NCBI GenBank assembly: GCA_965223905.1
Contig: CBDCXV010000010.1
Span: 736,001 to 800,000, forward strand
DNA from: Candidatus Latescibacterota bacterium
GTDB taxonomy: Bacteria > Latescibacterota > UBA2968 > UBA8231
Direction of reading: 5' to 3'
DNA length: 64,000 bases
Numbering within the stretch: the first letter of the stretch is position 1; each line of letters opens with the position of its first letter. The translations under genes and the position numbers were made by a program. Below the pieces are notes generated by a model. It ran no database searches. It was given only the letters and a program-made list of their open reading frames with translations, and was not told where the DNA came from. Of the stretch, positions 56,602 to 64,000 are shown piece after piece.

Positions 56602-58737
56602 TCAGTCCGTGGCCCGGAGCCGCTCGCCGAGGGCAGTGTAGCGCCTGGCGACCTCGTCGTTGGAAATCGCCCTGCCCAGGGCCCTCCTGCCGCCGACGAC
56701 CACCAGCAGGGAGCGGGCGCGCGTGACCGCCGTGTACAGCAGGTTGCGCTGCAGCATCGGGTAATGCTGGGTGGTCAGGGGCAGCACGACGACAGGGAAC
56801 TCCGAACCCTGGGCGCGGTGGACGCTGACGGCGTAGGCCAGCACGATCTCGTCGAGAGAGTTGGCCCCGTACTCGCATGAAACCCCGCTGTCGAAACGCA
56901 CCCGGATCGAGCCTTCCTCGGCGTCGAAAGCGAGTATGCGCCCGAGGTCGCCGTTGAAGACGGCGCGCTCGTAGTTGTTGCGGACCTGCAGAACCTTGTC
57001 GCCGACGCGCAGCTCCCGTTCCCCTTTCCGGCAGACCCTGCCGTCCGGGTTGAGCCGCTGCTGCAGCAGGCGGTTGAGGTTGATGGCCCCGGTCTCCCCC
57101 CGGTACATCGGGGTCAGCACCTGGATGTCGCCGACCGGGTCGTAGTCGCCGTGGGCAGGCAGGCGGCGTCCCACGAGATCGGAGATCGTGGCCGCGGCCT
57201 CCGGGGGATCCTCCTCCTCGACGAAGAAGAAGTCGCCGTCGCGGCTGTTGCTCAGCTCCGGCCAGTCGCCGGCGTTGATGCGGTGGGCGTTGACGACGAT
57301 GCGGCTGCGGCGCTCCTGCCGGTGAATCTCGGTCAGCCGCGCAACCGGTAAGCGCCGGGAGGAGATGACGTCCCCCATGACGTTGCCCGGGCCCACGGAC
57401 GGCAGCTGGTCCGCGTCGCCGACCAGCAGCAGGCGGACATGCGGCGACAGGGCGCGCAGCAGGGCGTGCATCAGCGGGATGTCGATCATCGAGGCTTCGT
57501 CGACGATAACGGCATCGGCTTCGACCGGGTCGTGCCGGCCGCGGCGGAACCTGCCTTCCGCGGGCATGAACTCCAGCAGCCGGTGGATGGTCTTCGCCTC
57601 GCGGCCGGTCGCCTCGGCGAGCCGCTTGGCCGCCCGCCCCGTGGGGGAACAGAGGGCGACCCGCAGGCCCGCTTGCTCGAAGTGGCGGAGGATCACCTGC
57701 GTAACCGTCGTCTTCCCGGTCCCGGGGCCGCCGGTCAGGACCATCACCTTTTCCCGCAGTGCCGTTTCGACCGCCCTGCGCTGACTGGCGCTGAGATCCA
57801 GCTCGGTCGCAGGGTCTTCGCCGAACTCCGCCTCGGCACCTTGGGTTCGCAGCAGCCGTTCCAGGGCCGCGGCGACCTTCACCTCCGCGTGGTAGAGATA
57901 TGGCAGGAAGCAGCGCTCCTGGTCGCGGACGATCTGGCGGTCGTCGTCCAGGGCCTCCAGGGCCGCGGGAAACAGCTCGGCGCCGACCTGCAGAAGCTCG
58001 CTCCCCTTCTCGACGACCTCGGCCTGCGGCAGGAACACGTGCCCCTCCCCGGCCGCGGATTCCAGGAGGTAGCGGATTCCCGCCTGTATCCTCTGCGGTG
58101 CGTCGCCCGCGATCCCCAGCTGCGAGGCGACGGCGTCTGCGGTCACGAAACCGATCCCGTCGATGTCACGCTGCAGCCTGTAGGGGTTCTCGCTCACCTT
58201 CGCGATCGCCTCCTGCTCGTACTTCTGGAAAATCTTCACCGCGGCCGCGGACCCGACACCGTGCGACTGCAGAAAGACCATGGTGTCCCTCATCCGGCGC
58301 TGCCCCGCCCAGGCCCGCGCCAGCATCCCCGCCCGCTTGCGGCCCAGCCCCGGTACCTCGAGCAGGCGCCGGGGATTCTCCTCGAGCACCTTGAGGGTGT
58401 CCCCGCCAAATTGGGCGACGATGCGCTCGGCGAACTTCTTCCCCACCCCCTTTACCAGTCCCGACCCGAGAAACCGCCGGATCCCCTCCTCGGTGGTGGG
58501 AAAGACCGCCCGGCAGGACTCGAGCTTGAGCTGCCTGCCGTACTTGGGATGGTCTTCCCAGGTGCCCGTGACCTCGACGGTCTGTCCCTCAGCAACAGTA
58601 GTCATGACCCCGACCACCGTAATCCCCTCGGATGGCCGTTCCCCTTTTTCTGGCTCCGGCTCGATCTGGGCGATCGTGTAGCCGTTGTCGGGATTGTGGA
58701 AGGTCAGGCGGCGGACCAGGCCGGTCACGGTGTGCAT
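56602..58737 (-). CDS. recD2: ATP-dependent RecD2-like DNA helicase
   Basis: W..HPKYG.Q, HhH GVG/GLG, TGGPGTGKTT, DEASM, GD.DQLPSVG.G, AYA.SVH.AQGSEF. Confidence 0.95.
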   Translation of the reverse strand: MHTVTGLVRRLTFHNPDNGYTIAQIEPEPEKGERPSEGITVVGVMTTVAEGQTVEVTGTWEDHPKYGRQLKLESCRAVFPTTEEGIRRFLGSGLVKGVGKKFAERIVAQFGGDTLKVLEENPRRLLEVPGLGRKRAGMLARAWAGQRRMRDTMVFLQSHGVGSAAAVKIFQKYEQEAIAKVSENPYRLQRDIDGIGFVTADAVASQLGIAGDAPQRIQAGIRYLLESAAGEGHVFLPQAEVVEKGSELLQVGAELFPAALEALDDDRQIVRDQERCFLPYLYHAEVKVAAALERLLRTQGAEAEFGEDPATELDLSASQRRAVETALREKVMVLTGGPGTGKTTVTQVILRHFEQAGLRVALCSPTGRAAKRLAEATGREAKTIHRLLEFMPAEGRFRRGRHDPVEADAVIVDEASMIDIPLMHALLRALSPHVRLLLVGDADQLPSVGPGNVMGDVISSRRLPVARLTEIHRQERRSRIVVNAHRINAGDWPELSNSRDGDFFFVEEEDPPEAAATISDLVGRRLPAHGDYDPVGDIQVLTPMYRGETGAINLNRLLQQRLNPDGRVCRKGERELRVGDKVLQVRNNYERAVFNGDLGRILAFDAEEGSIRVRFDSGVSCEYGANSLDEIVLAYAVSVHRAQGSEFPVVVLPLTTQHYPMLQRNLLYTAVTRARSLLVVVGGRRALGRAISNDEVARRYTALGERLRATD

Positions 58738-59330
58738 GGCGATCCGCGGAAATGGGGCAGGAGAAGGGCGGGCACCAGGGCTCCGAGCAGGATCCCCGCA
58801 AACAGCTGCGGGACCGTGTGCGCCCCGAGCCGCAGCCGCGCCCAGGCGACGAGGGGAGGGACGGCCAGCAGGGCCCACTGTCCGGCGCCGCCCACCGTCA
58901 CGAGTACGAACACCCCCGCGGCGACCCCGACCGAGTGAATGCTGATCTTCCAGAAGCGGTCGATCACCCGGACAGCGGCCGCGGCCAGGGTTATGGAGGC
59001 GGCGCTCCAGGTCATGGTCCAGGCCGCATCCACGGCCGAGAGAACCAGGAAACCAGTCAGGTAGCAGACTGTTCCCATCAGGAGGATGCGCTGCCTGAGG
59101 ACCGGCTCCGGGTCGTACGCGTCCTCGAGGCCGCGCCGGCGCAGCAGCACCATGACGGCGCAGGGAAGCAGGGTGAACAGGGCGAGGGCGATCCCCAGGG
59201 CCTTCCAGTCGGTCTCGCCTGGACGCAGGATCCCCAGTCCGGCGAACACCCAGACGGCCATGGCCGCCGGACTGAACAGGTGCGACAGAACCCTGGCGAA
59301 CCTGTGCTGCCAGTCGGGGGCTCCGGTCAT
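58725..59330 (-). CDS. PAP2-like multi-TM membrane protein
   Basis: KISIH and W(A)RL.LGAHT..Q...G motifs; about six TM segments. Confidence 0.7.
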   Translation of the reverse strand: MTGAPDWQHRFARVLSHLFSPAAMAVWVFAGLGILRPGETDWKALGIALALFTLLPCAVMVLLRRRGLEDAYDPEPVLRQRILLMGTVCYLTGFLVLSAVDAAWTMTWSAASITLAAAAVRVIDRFWKISIHSVGVAAGVFVLVTVGGAGQWALLAVPPLVAWARLRLGAHTVPQLFAGILLGALVPALLLPHFRGSPCTP

Positions 59331-59562
59331 GTCTTCCGGACCGGGCACCGGTTTCCTATCCAGAGGGGAAATGGTGGCAAGGGAGTGTCAGGGCCCGCCG
59401 TCGATGAGCGGGAGAACCGGGGACCGCGGGCAGCGGTCGGCGCCGCAAGCGATGCATCGGCGAAGAGACGCGGTTCCTCCCCCTCGTTTTTTAACTTGCC
59501 GCTCGCGGCCGGCGCTCTGAAGTATTCCAGACAATCAGCAGTTCGCAGGCGCCTCGGAATTA

Positions 59563-59585
59563 CAGATCCGCCTTTGGCGGATCTG
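59563..59585. repeat. Perfect palindromic hairpin (REP-like, or terminator of the minus-strand operon)
   Basis: CAGATCCGCC-TTT-GGCGGATCTG, about 35 nt past the PqqD-like stop. Confidence 0.6.
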
Positions 59586-59618
59586 CCGGTATCTCCGACA
59601 GGTTCTCCTGCTCGCTTC

Positions 59619-60056
59619 TCACTTATCCCACTTCTTGCCGCTCGAATTTGCCTTGGAATACTTCGGCTTCCGCTCGGAGCTCTCCGCCCCATCGAGGACG
59701 AAGCCGACGAAACGCTTCTGCCCCAGCGTCTTCAGGTACTGCAGCAGCGACACCTCCGCCTCCTTGCGGTCGAGCTTGTACTTGACGCGCAGCTCCTCGA
59801 TCATCTGCCCGACCGAGGTGCGGCCGTTGCACATCTGCCAGATCTCGGTGCCGACTTCGTCGAGAGTGATGGTGCGCTTCCTGGGGACGTAGAACAGCTT
59901 GGAAAGCAGCCGCACCTTCCAGGAGTCGATGCGGGTGACGGTTATGCGGGCCTCGCCGCTTTCCGTCTTATCCCACTGGAGCAGGTCGTTACGCGCCGGA
60001 CGCGAGTTGAGCATCGCCTCGCGCGTCAGCTTCGGTTTCTTGCGGGTGGCAAACAT
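59619..60056 (-). CDS. PqqD-family / RiPP-recognition-element-like protein
   Basis: LDEVG..IW.MCNG..SV.Q.IE.L...Y......E.SL..YL..L....FV winged-helix pattern. Confidence 0.85.
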   Translation of the reverse strand: MFATRKKPKLTREAMLNSRPARNDLLQWDKTESGEARITVTRIDSWKVRLLSKLFYVPRKRTITLDEVGTEIWQMCNGRTSVGQMIEELRVKYKLDRKEAEVSLLQYLKTLGQKRFVGFVLDGAESSERKPKYSKANSSGKKWDK

Positions 60057-60993
60057 AGACGGCGCTCAGGCGGTCGGTGAGGTCGTCGCGCTCCTTTACC
60101 CTCTTGTAAAGGTGTTCGACGACGCAGATGCGGTTCCCCTCCTCGCAGTGCCAGACGAGGGCGTCGAGGTGCTGGCGGGGGCGCGGGTTGAGCAGCGGCA
60201 GGGGCCGCAGCAGTTGGCGCCAACGGCTGCGCGGCCGCCCGGTCACCCGCAGTCCCTGGTGATCCCCCACCCCGGCCTCGGCGACGTCGTAGTTGAAATC
60301 GCGCAGCTGCTTGCGGAAGAAGTTGGGGTACCACTCCTCGAGGGTCGTCGCCTTGAGCAGCATCTGCGCCATGCTGAGGCGCTGAACCCGGCAGCTTTGG
60401 TTCTTCCTCTCGAAGGTCATCTGGATGTTGCCGGACTTGAGCTCGTGCTTGGAGAGGGCGAACTCCTCGGGCACGCAGAAGGACATGCCGTAGACGCTCC
60501 AGTAGCGCATCCTGTCGTCCCTGTGGCAGACGACGGAGCGGAAGACCCGGTCGGCGAGCTCTTCGAGGTTCTCCGTGAGCCGGGCGAGGACGCGCAGCAG
60601 CAGGATGCGCCCGCAGTCGGGACAGGCGCGCGCCAGGTTGTAGGCGAGGTAGTCGGCGCGCCAGGTAAAGGCCTCGTACTCCGCCCCCTCGAGCCAGCGC
60701 TTGTCGCGCAGGAACTTTGCCTGCCTCGTCACCGAGAAGGGAGTGTCCGCCTTCTCCGCTTTCTTCGCCAGCTTGTCGAGGTAGCGCTCTACGAGGTCGG
60801 GGACCGGCATTCTTCGCCCCCGGTCCGGCGTCTCCCGCCATTCGACTTCGGCGCGGACGATCTCGGCGTCGTCGAGACGGGCGTAGCCGCTCTTCGCGTC
60901 GCCGTCGACCTTGCCCAGGTTCCAGTCATCCGGCACGCGCAGACAGATCCCCTGCCATCCGAAGTCCGCCCAATCGACTCCACGGTCAGCCAT
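59989..60993 (-). CDS. Conserved hypothetical protein with two internal repeats
   Basis: Halves begin FGWQGICLRVPDDW and WSVYGMSFCVPEEF and end ACPDCGRILLL and WHCEEGNRICVV; strong GC3 bias. Confidence 0.75.
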   Translation of the reverse strand: MADRGVDWADFGWQGICLRVPDDWNLGKVDGDAKSGYARLDDAEIVRAEVEWRETPDRGRRMPVPDLVERYLDKLAKKAEKADTPFSVTRQAKFLRDKRWLEGAEYEAFTWRADYLAYNLARACPDCGRILLLRVLARLTENLEELADRVFRSVVCHRDDRMRYWSVYGMSFCVPEEFALSKHELKSGNIQMTFERKNQSCRVQRLSMAQMLLKATTLEEWYPNFFRKQLRDFNYDVAEAGVGDHQGLRVTGRPRSRWRQLLRPLPLLNPRPRQHLDALVWHCEEGNRICVVEHLYKRVKERDDLTDRLSAVYVCHPQETEADARGDAQLASGA

Positions 60994-61014
60994 TTGCAAC
61001 GCACCTGTGGCGAA

Positions 61015-63435
61015 TCAGAAGATGAGAACGGAAACCGACTTCTGGATCAGGGCGATGGAGATCGAGGCCATCCCCATGAGCGCCATGCCGCAGGCGAACC
61101 CGACCGCAAGCACCGGCGCGTACAGCCGCCACTCCTTCTTGCCGTACTTGCCCCAGAAATAGTAGCGGGCCAGCATGGCGCCGATGACCTCGGTAATCAT
61201 CCAGTGCGGGATCGTGGTCAGAGCCCGGACGTACCCGAAGACCAGCAGGATCGGCAGGCCGAAAATCGACAGCAGGATGTAGCTCCCCAGGCCGACGATG
61301 GCGCCGGCGGCGATGATGTTCGGCTTGATGGCGCGGAACAGCCACGGCTCGTCGGTAGTGCGCTGGATCCACGGACTGGAGAAGTTGGGGTCGGTGTCGA
61401 GGGCGAAGTAGTACTCCCAGCCCTCGGGAAGCGGTTCGTCGGAACGCACCACCATCTCCGGTCTCGGGGTGCGGACAATGCCGACTTCGGCTGCCGGGGA
61501 GACCGCGGTCACCCCCGGTCCGGTCAGGGCCACCGCCGCTGCGCCCGCATCCGGCACACCCTTCATGGCGCCGGGAGGATGCTCGGGAATCAGCTCCGGC
61601 TCCCCCTCGTCGAAATGGGTGAAGAAGGCCCGCTTCTCCGACCACCGCCCGGCCTGCCCCTGCTTGCCCTTCGACTCGAGCCAGGCGGGGTCGACGGCCC
61701 GCACCCGCCAGTACCACCACTCCCCCTCGACCAGGTTCGCCGGCATCCAGGCCGCTTCGGAGCGGTCGGGCAGGTACTCCATTTCGCTGCGCAGGGTCCC
61801 GGTGAACCAGAGACAGGTCTGCAGAGCCTGAAGCCTCCACATCACCTGGGCGTACGGGTACGACGCCGACGGAATCGGCGCCAGCTTCCAGACGTAGGAC
61901 GAGTACAGGAAGGTGGTGAACAGCACGATCGGCACCATGAAGACCTCGGCCTTGATGATGCTGGTGAAGCGGGTTCCGGTCAGCTCGATTTCGCGAAATT
62001 TCTGGCACTGGTTGCCGTAGTTCCCCAGGGGGAACGGTATGAACCAGATGTCGACCCCCTGGTACCCGGACAGAATGATGGTCGCTTCGCGTACGAACGG
62101 GATGTCGACGCTCTGCCCCACCATGCCGTACAGGCGGGCGTTGACGAACGACTGGAACGGGGTGAAGACGAAGCCGAAGAACAGGAAGAACCAGATGAAG
62201 CTCTTGAACGCCGGCAACAGGAAAGCGGCGATCAGGATCAGGCCGCTCGTGGCCACCGCGTACAGCCCCAGCGCCGTCCACAGCGAAAAATCTCCCCGGC
62301 CCTTCGGGACCTCCCAGCTGCGCCTTACTTCCCCGACCCTGCCTCCGGCATCGCGGGCGCGTATCAGGGCCTGGGCGACCTGGTAGAAACCGATGATGGC
62401 GATCGCCATGGTCGTCCCGATGCCGAAGCTCATCCAGAAATCGACGCTGTTGACGAAGAAGGTCTCGATCGCCCCCATCCCCGGCTGCCAGATCTCCAGA
62501 AGACCGTACTTGTAGAGGAAGGGGTTGGCGATAGAGTGCGCGACGACCCCGAGAAAGGTCCCGATCACCCCCCAGAAGGGGACCACCAGACCGGCGAAGA
62601 TCGGCCCGAGATGGGCGGTGAATCCCAGCGGCGTCGCCGGGATGAAGTTGCCGGTGACCTGGGTGAAGTCTACGAAGGGGATCGGTATCAGCTGGATCGG
62701 CTCGGTGAGCAGGGCGCCGGTGATCGCCGGGATGGCGACGTAGAGGGCGCCGAAGACGAGCCCGATCATCGCTCCTGCGGAAAACACCCGCCAGCGCCAG
62801 GACTCGACCCCCTGGGTGGTCTCGGCCAGCGCCGTGGCCCCCTGGGCCGCTACCGGGGCGAAGGGAAAGGGCAGGCGCTCGTAGTCGGAGCTGACGCGGA
62901 AGAGGGCGTACGCCGCGGTGAACCAGGAGACGCGCGCAATCAGCACGCCGGCGACCAGCAGGGCGATCGGCAGCAGCCAGTCGGAGTGCAGGAAGGTCCG
63001 CTGCAGCAGCGCGGCCGATTCGAGGGGTGGCGCGAACCAGTCGGGAATCAGGTTGGCGATACCGAACTGCTTGGCCGCCGGGGACTGGCGCAGGTACTGG
63101 TTCCACAGCAGGCCCTGGAAGGAGCCGGTCTCGGCGGCGATCAGCCCGGCCGCGACGTAGTAGAGGACGTAGACTTCCTGCTTTCTCAGCGACGAGAAAG
63201 AGCGCTTGGTGATCTCGGCGAACAGGATGATCGTCACCCACTCCGCGGCGGCGCCGAGATTGCCGCCGACCATCAGCCCCAGGTAGATGTTCCCGGGAAT
63301 CATGATGAAGGCGACGAAGAGGACGCCGAGGATCGTCTTGGTCGTAAACCCCTCTTCGAACTCGGTAGGGGTATCGAGAAGATCCCGGTACTCTTCTATT
63401 TCCGCGTTCGGGTTCCTGTCTTTGCGAAACAGCAC
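61015..63435 (-). CDS. OPT-like multi-pass membrane transporter with soluble insertion
   Basis: 806 aa, many TM segments; P..IYL.L..G, E.LPFP.A...A motif reminiscent of OPT-family (L.FP) proteins. Confidence 0.7.
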   Translation of the reverse strand: MLFRKDRNPNAEIEEYRDLLDTPTEFEEGFTTKTILGVLFVAFIMIPGNIYLGLMVGGNLGAAAEWVTIILFAEITKRSFSSLRKQEVYVLYYVAAGLIAAETGSFQGLLWNQYLRQSPAAKQFGIANLIPDWFAPPLESAALLQRTFLHSDWLLPIALLVAGVLIARVSWFTAAYALFRVSSDYERLPFPFAPVAAQGATALAETTQGVESWRWRVFSAGAMIGLVFGALYVAIPAITGALLTEPIQLIPIPFVDFTQVTGNFIPATPLGFTAHLGPIFAGLVVPFWGVIGTFLGVVAHSIANPFLYKYGLLEIWQPGMGAIETFFVNSVDFWMSFGIGTTMAIAIIGFYQVAQALIRARDAGGRVGEVRRSWEVPKGRGDFSLWTALGLYAVATSGLILIAAFLLPAFKSFIWFFLFFGFVFTPFQSFVNARLYGMVGQSVDIPFVREATIILSGYQGVDIWFIPFPLGNYGNQCQKFREIELTGTRFTSIIKAEVFMVPIVLFTTFLYSSYVWKLAPIPSASYPYAQVMWRLQALQTCLWFTGTLRSEMEYLPDRSEAAWMPANLVEGEWWYWRVRAVDPAWLESKGKQGQAGRWSEKRAFFTHFDEGEPELIPEHPPGAMKGVPDAGAAAVALTGPGVTAVSPAAEVGIVRTPRPEMVVRSDEPLPEGWEYYFALDTDPNFSSPWIQRTTDEPWLFRAIKPNIIAAGAIVGLGSYILLSIFGLPILLVFGYVRALTTIPHWMITEVIGAMLARYYFWGKYGKKEWRLYAPVLAVGFACGMALMGMASISIALIQKSVSVLIF

Positions 63436-63476
63436 TTAGATCCCCTTCGCTCGCTTCCTTCGCCGCGCCTTCCCTG

Positions 63477-64000
63477 TCAGGCCGTTACCTCGGTGCGCTC
63501 ACCAGCGAGGATCTCGACGCCCTGTTGGCGGTACGAGTCCTTGGCCTCGGAGTCGACGGTCCGCCAGATCAGAAACTGCTTGCGGATGACGTTCATGAAG
63601 CGCTGGTTGACCCGCCGCCAGGAGGCATCCTCGCCGCTGAGGCGGCGGATGTCCAGCGATATCGAGTAGATGTTGTGCTCGGATTCCGGGTTGGCCCGGA
63701 TGACGACGTGCTGACTCACCCCGAGGTCGAAGGGCGCCAGCCAGATGTTCATGTCGATCGAGTAACCTTCGCCGTGCTCAGAGTCGAAACGGCTCAGGCT
63801 CGCCCCGTCGGTGTAGAAGGTGCCGATCGACTCTTCGCTGTACGAGTCGAAGTAGCCGATAAGGAATACGCTGAGGCCGACGACTTCGTGCCCGCTGACC
63901 GTGAACGGGAACTCGAAATGCCACTCGTCCCCCGACGGCGGCGGCAGTCGCCACTTGCGGGTGACGTCGGGAACCGCCATCTGCGAGGCCTTGCGGGCCG
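63477..64000 (-). CDS. C-terminus of a large FtsX-like ABC permease protein (runs off the window end)
   Basis: Frame open to 64000; (P)ARKASQMAVPD resembles the FtsX/MacB terminal PAR.A motif, followed by a soluble domain (LAPFDLGVSQ, RKQFL.WR). Confidence 0.65.
   Translation of the reverse strand, partial: ARKASQMAVPDVTRKWRLPPPSGDEWHFEFPFTVSGHEVVGLSVFLIGYFDSYSEESIGTFYTDGASLSRFDSEHGEGYSIDMNIWLAPFDLGVSQHVVIRANPESEHNIYSISLDIRRLSGEDASWRRVNQRFMNVIRKQFLIWRTVDSEAKDSYRQQGVEILAGERTEVTA

Noticed and set aside
59899-63669. 1256-aa plus-strand ORF
   Set aside because: Antisense shadow of three well-formed minus-strand genes; no motifs; typical of high-GC DNA.
1-64000. CRISPR arrays, rRNA/tRNA genes, intact transposases, integrases, phage or defence genes
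   Set aside because: None recognised on either strand by inspection.

Overview
GC-rich bacterial chromosomal window, densely coding, with no rRNA, tRNA, CRISPR array, intact transposase or prophage visible. The gene mix (DUF3098, Minf_1886-type protein, archaeal-type PGM, many dehydrogenases/PhyH/AKR) suggests an uncultured diderm such as Latescibacterota or another FCB/PVC-related lineage; this is inference only. Housekeeping content: ppk2, polA, amtB-glnK, a divergent purF-like gene, rsmB-PASTA-rpe-ffh-rpsP-rimM-trmD-rplS, recJ, apgM, rlmN, recD2, glgB, dppA/B/C, larC, a YtrA-type GntR/ABC operon, a DprE1/DprE2-like pair and two metal-efflux permeases. Main points: (1) a UGA-recoded SelW/SelT/SelH (Rdx) selenoprotein with a SECIS-like hairpin that the ORF track misses (10944-11171, minus strand); (2) at the right end, an uncharacterised membrane operon made of an FtsX-like permease C-terminus, an 806-aa OPT-like transporter with an apparently circularly permuted FN3-like insert, a duplicated-domain protein and a stand-alone PqqD/RRE protein; (3) a helical lipoprotein with an L,D-transpeptidase and a catalytically dead LDT-like protein nearby; (4) a candidate structured RNA after polA; (5) three frameshifted genes, which may be consensus errors or pseudogenes. 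All family calls come from recognising motifs by eye; no database searches were run.
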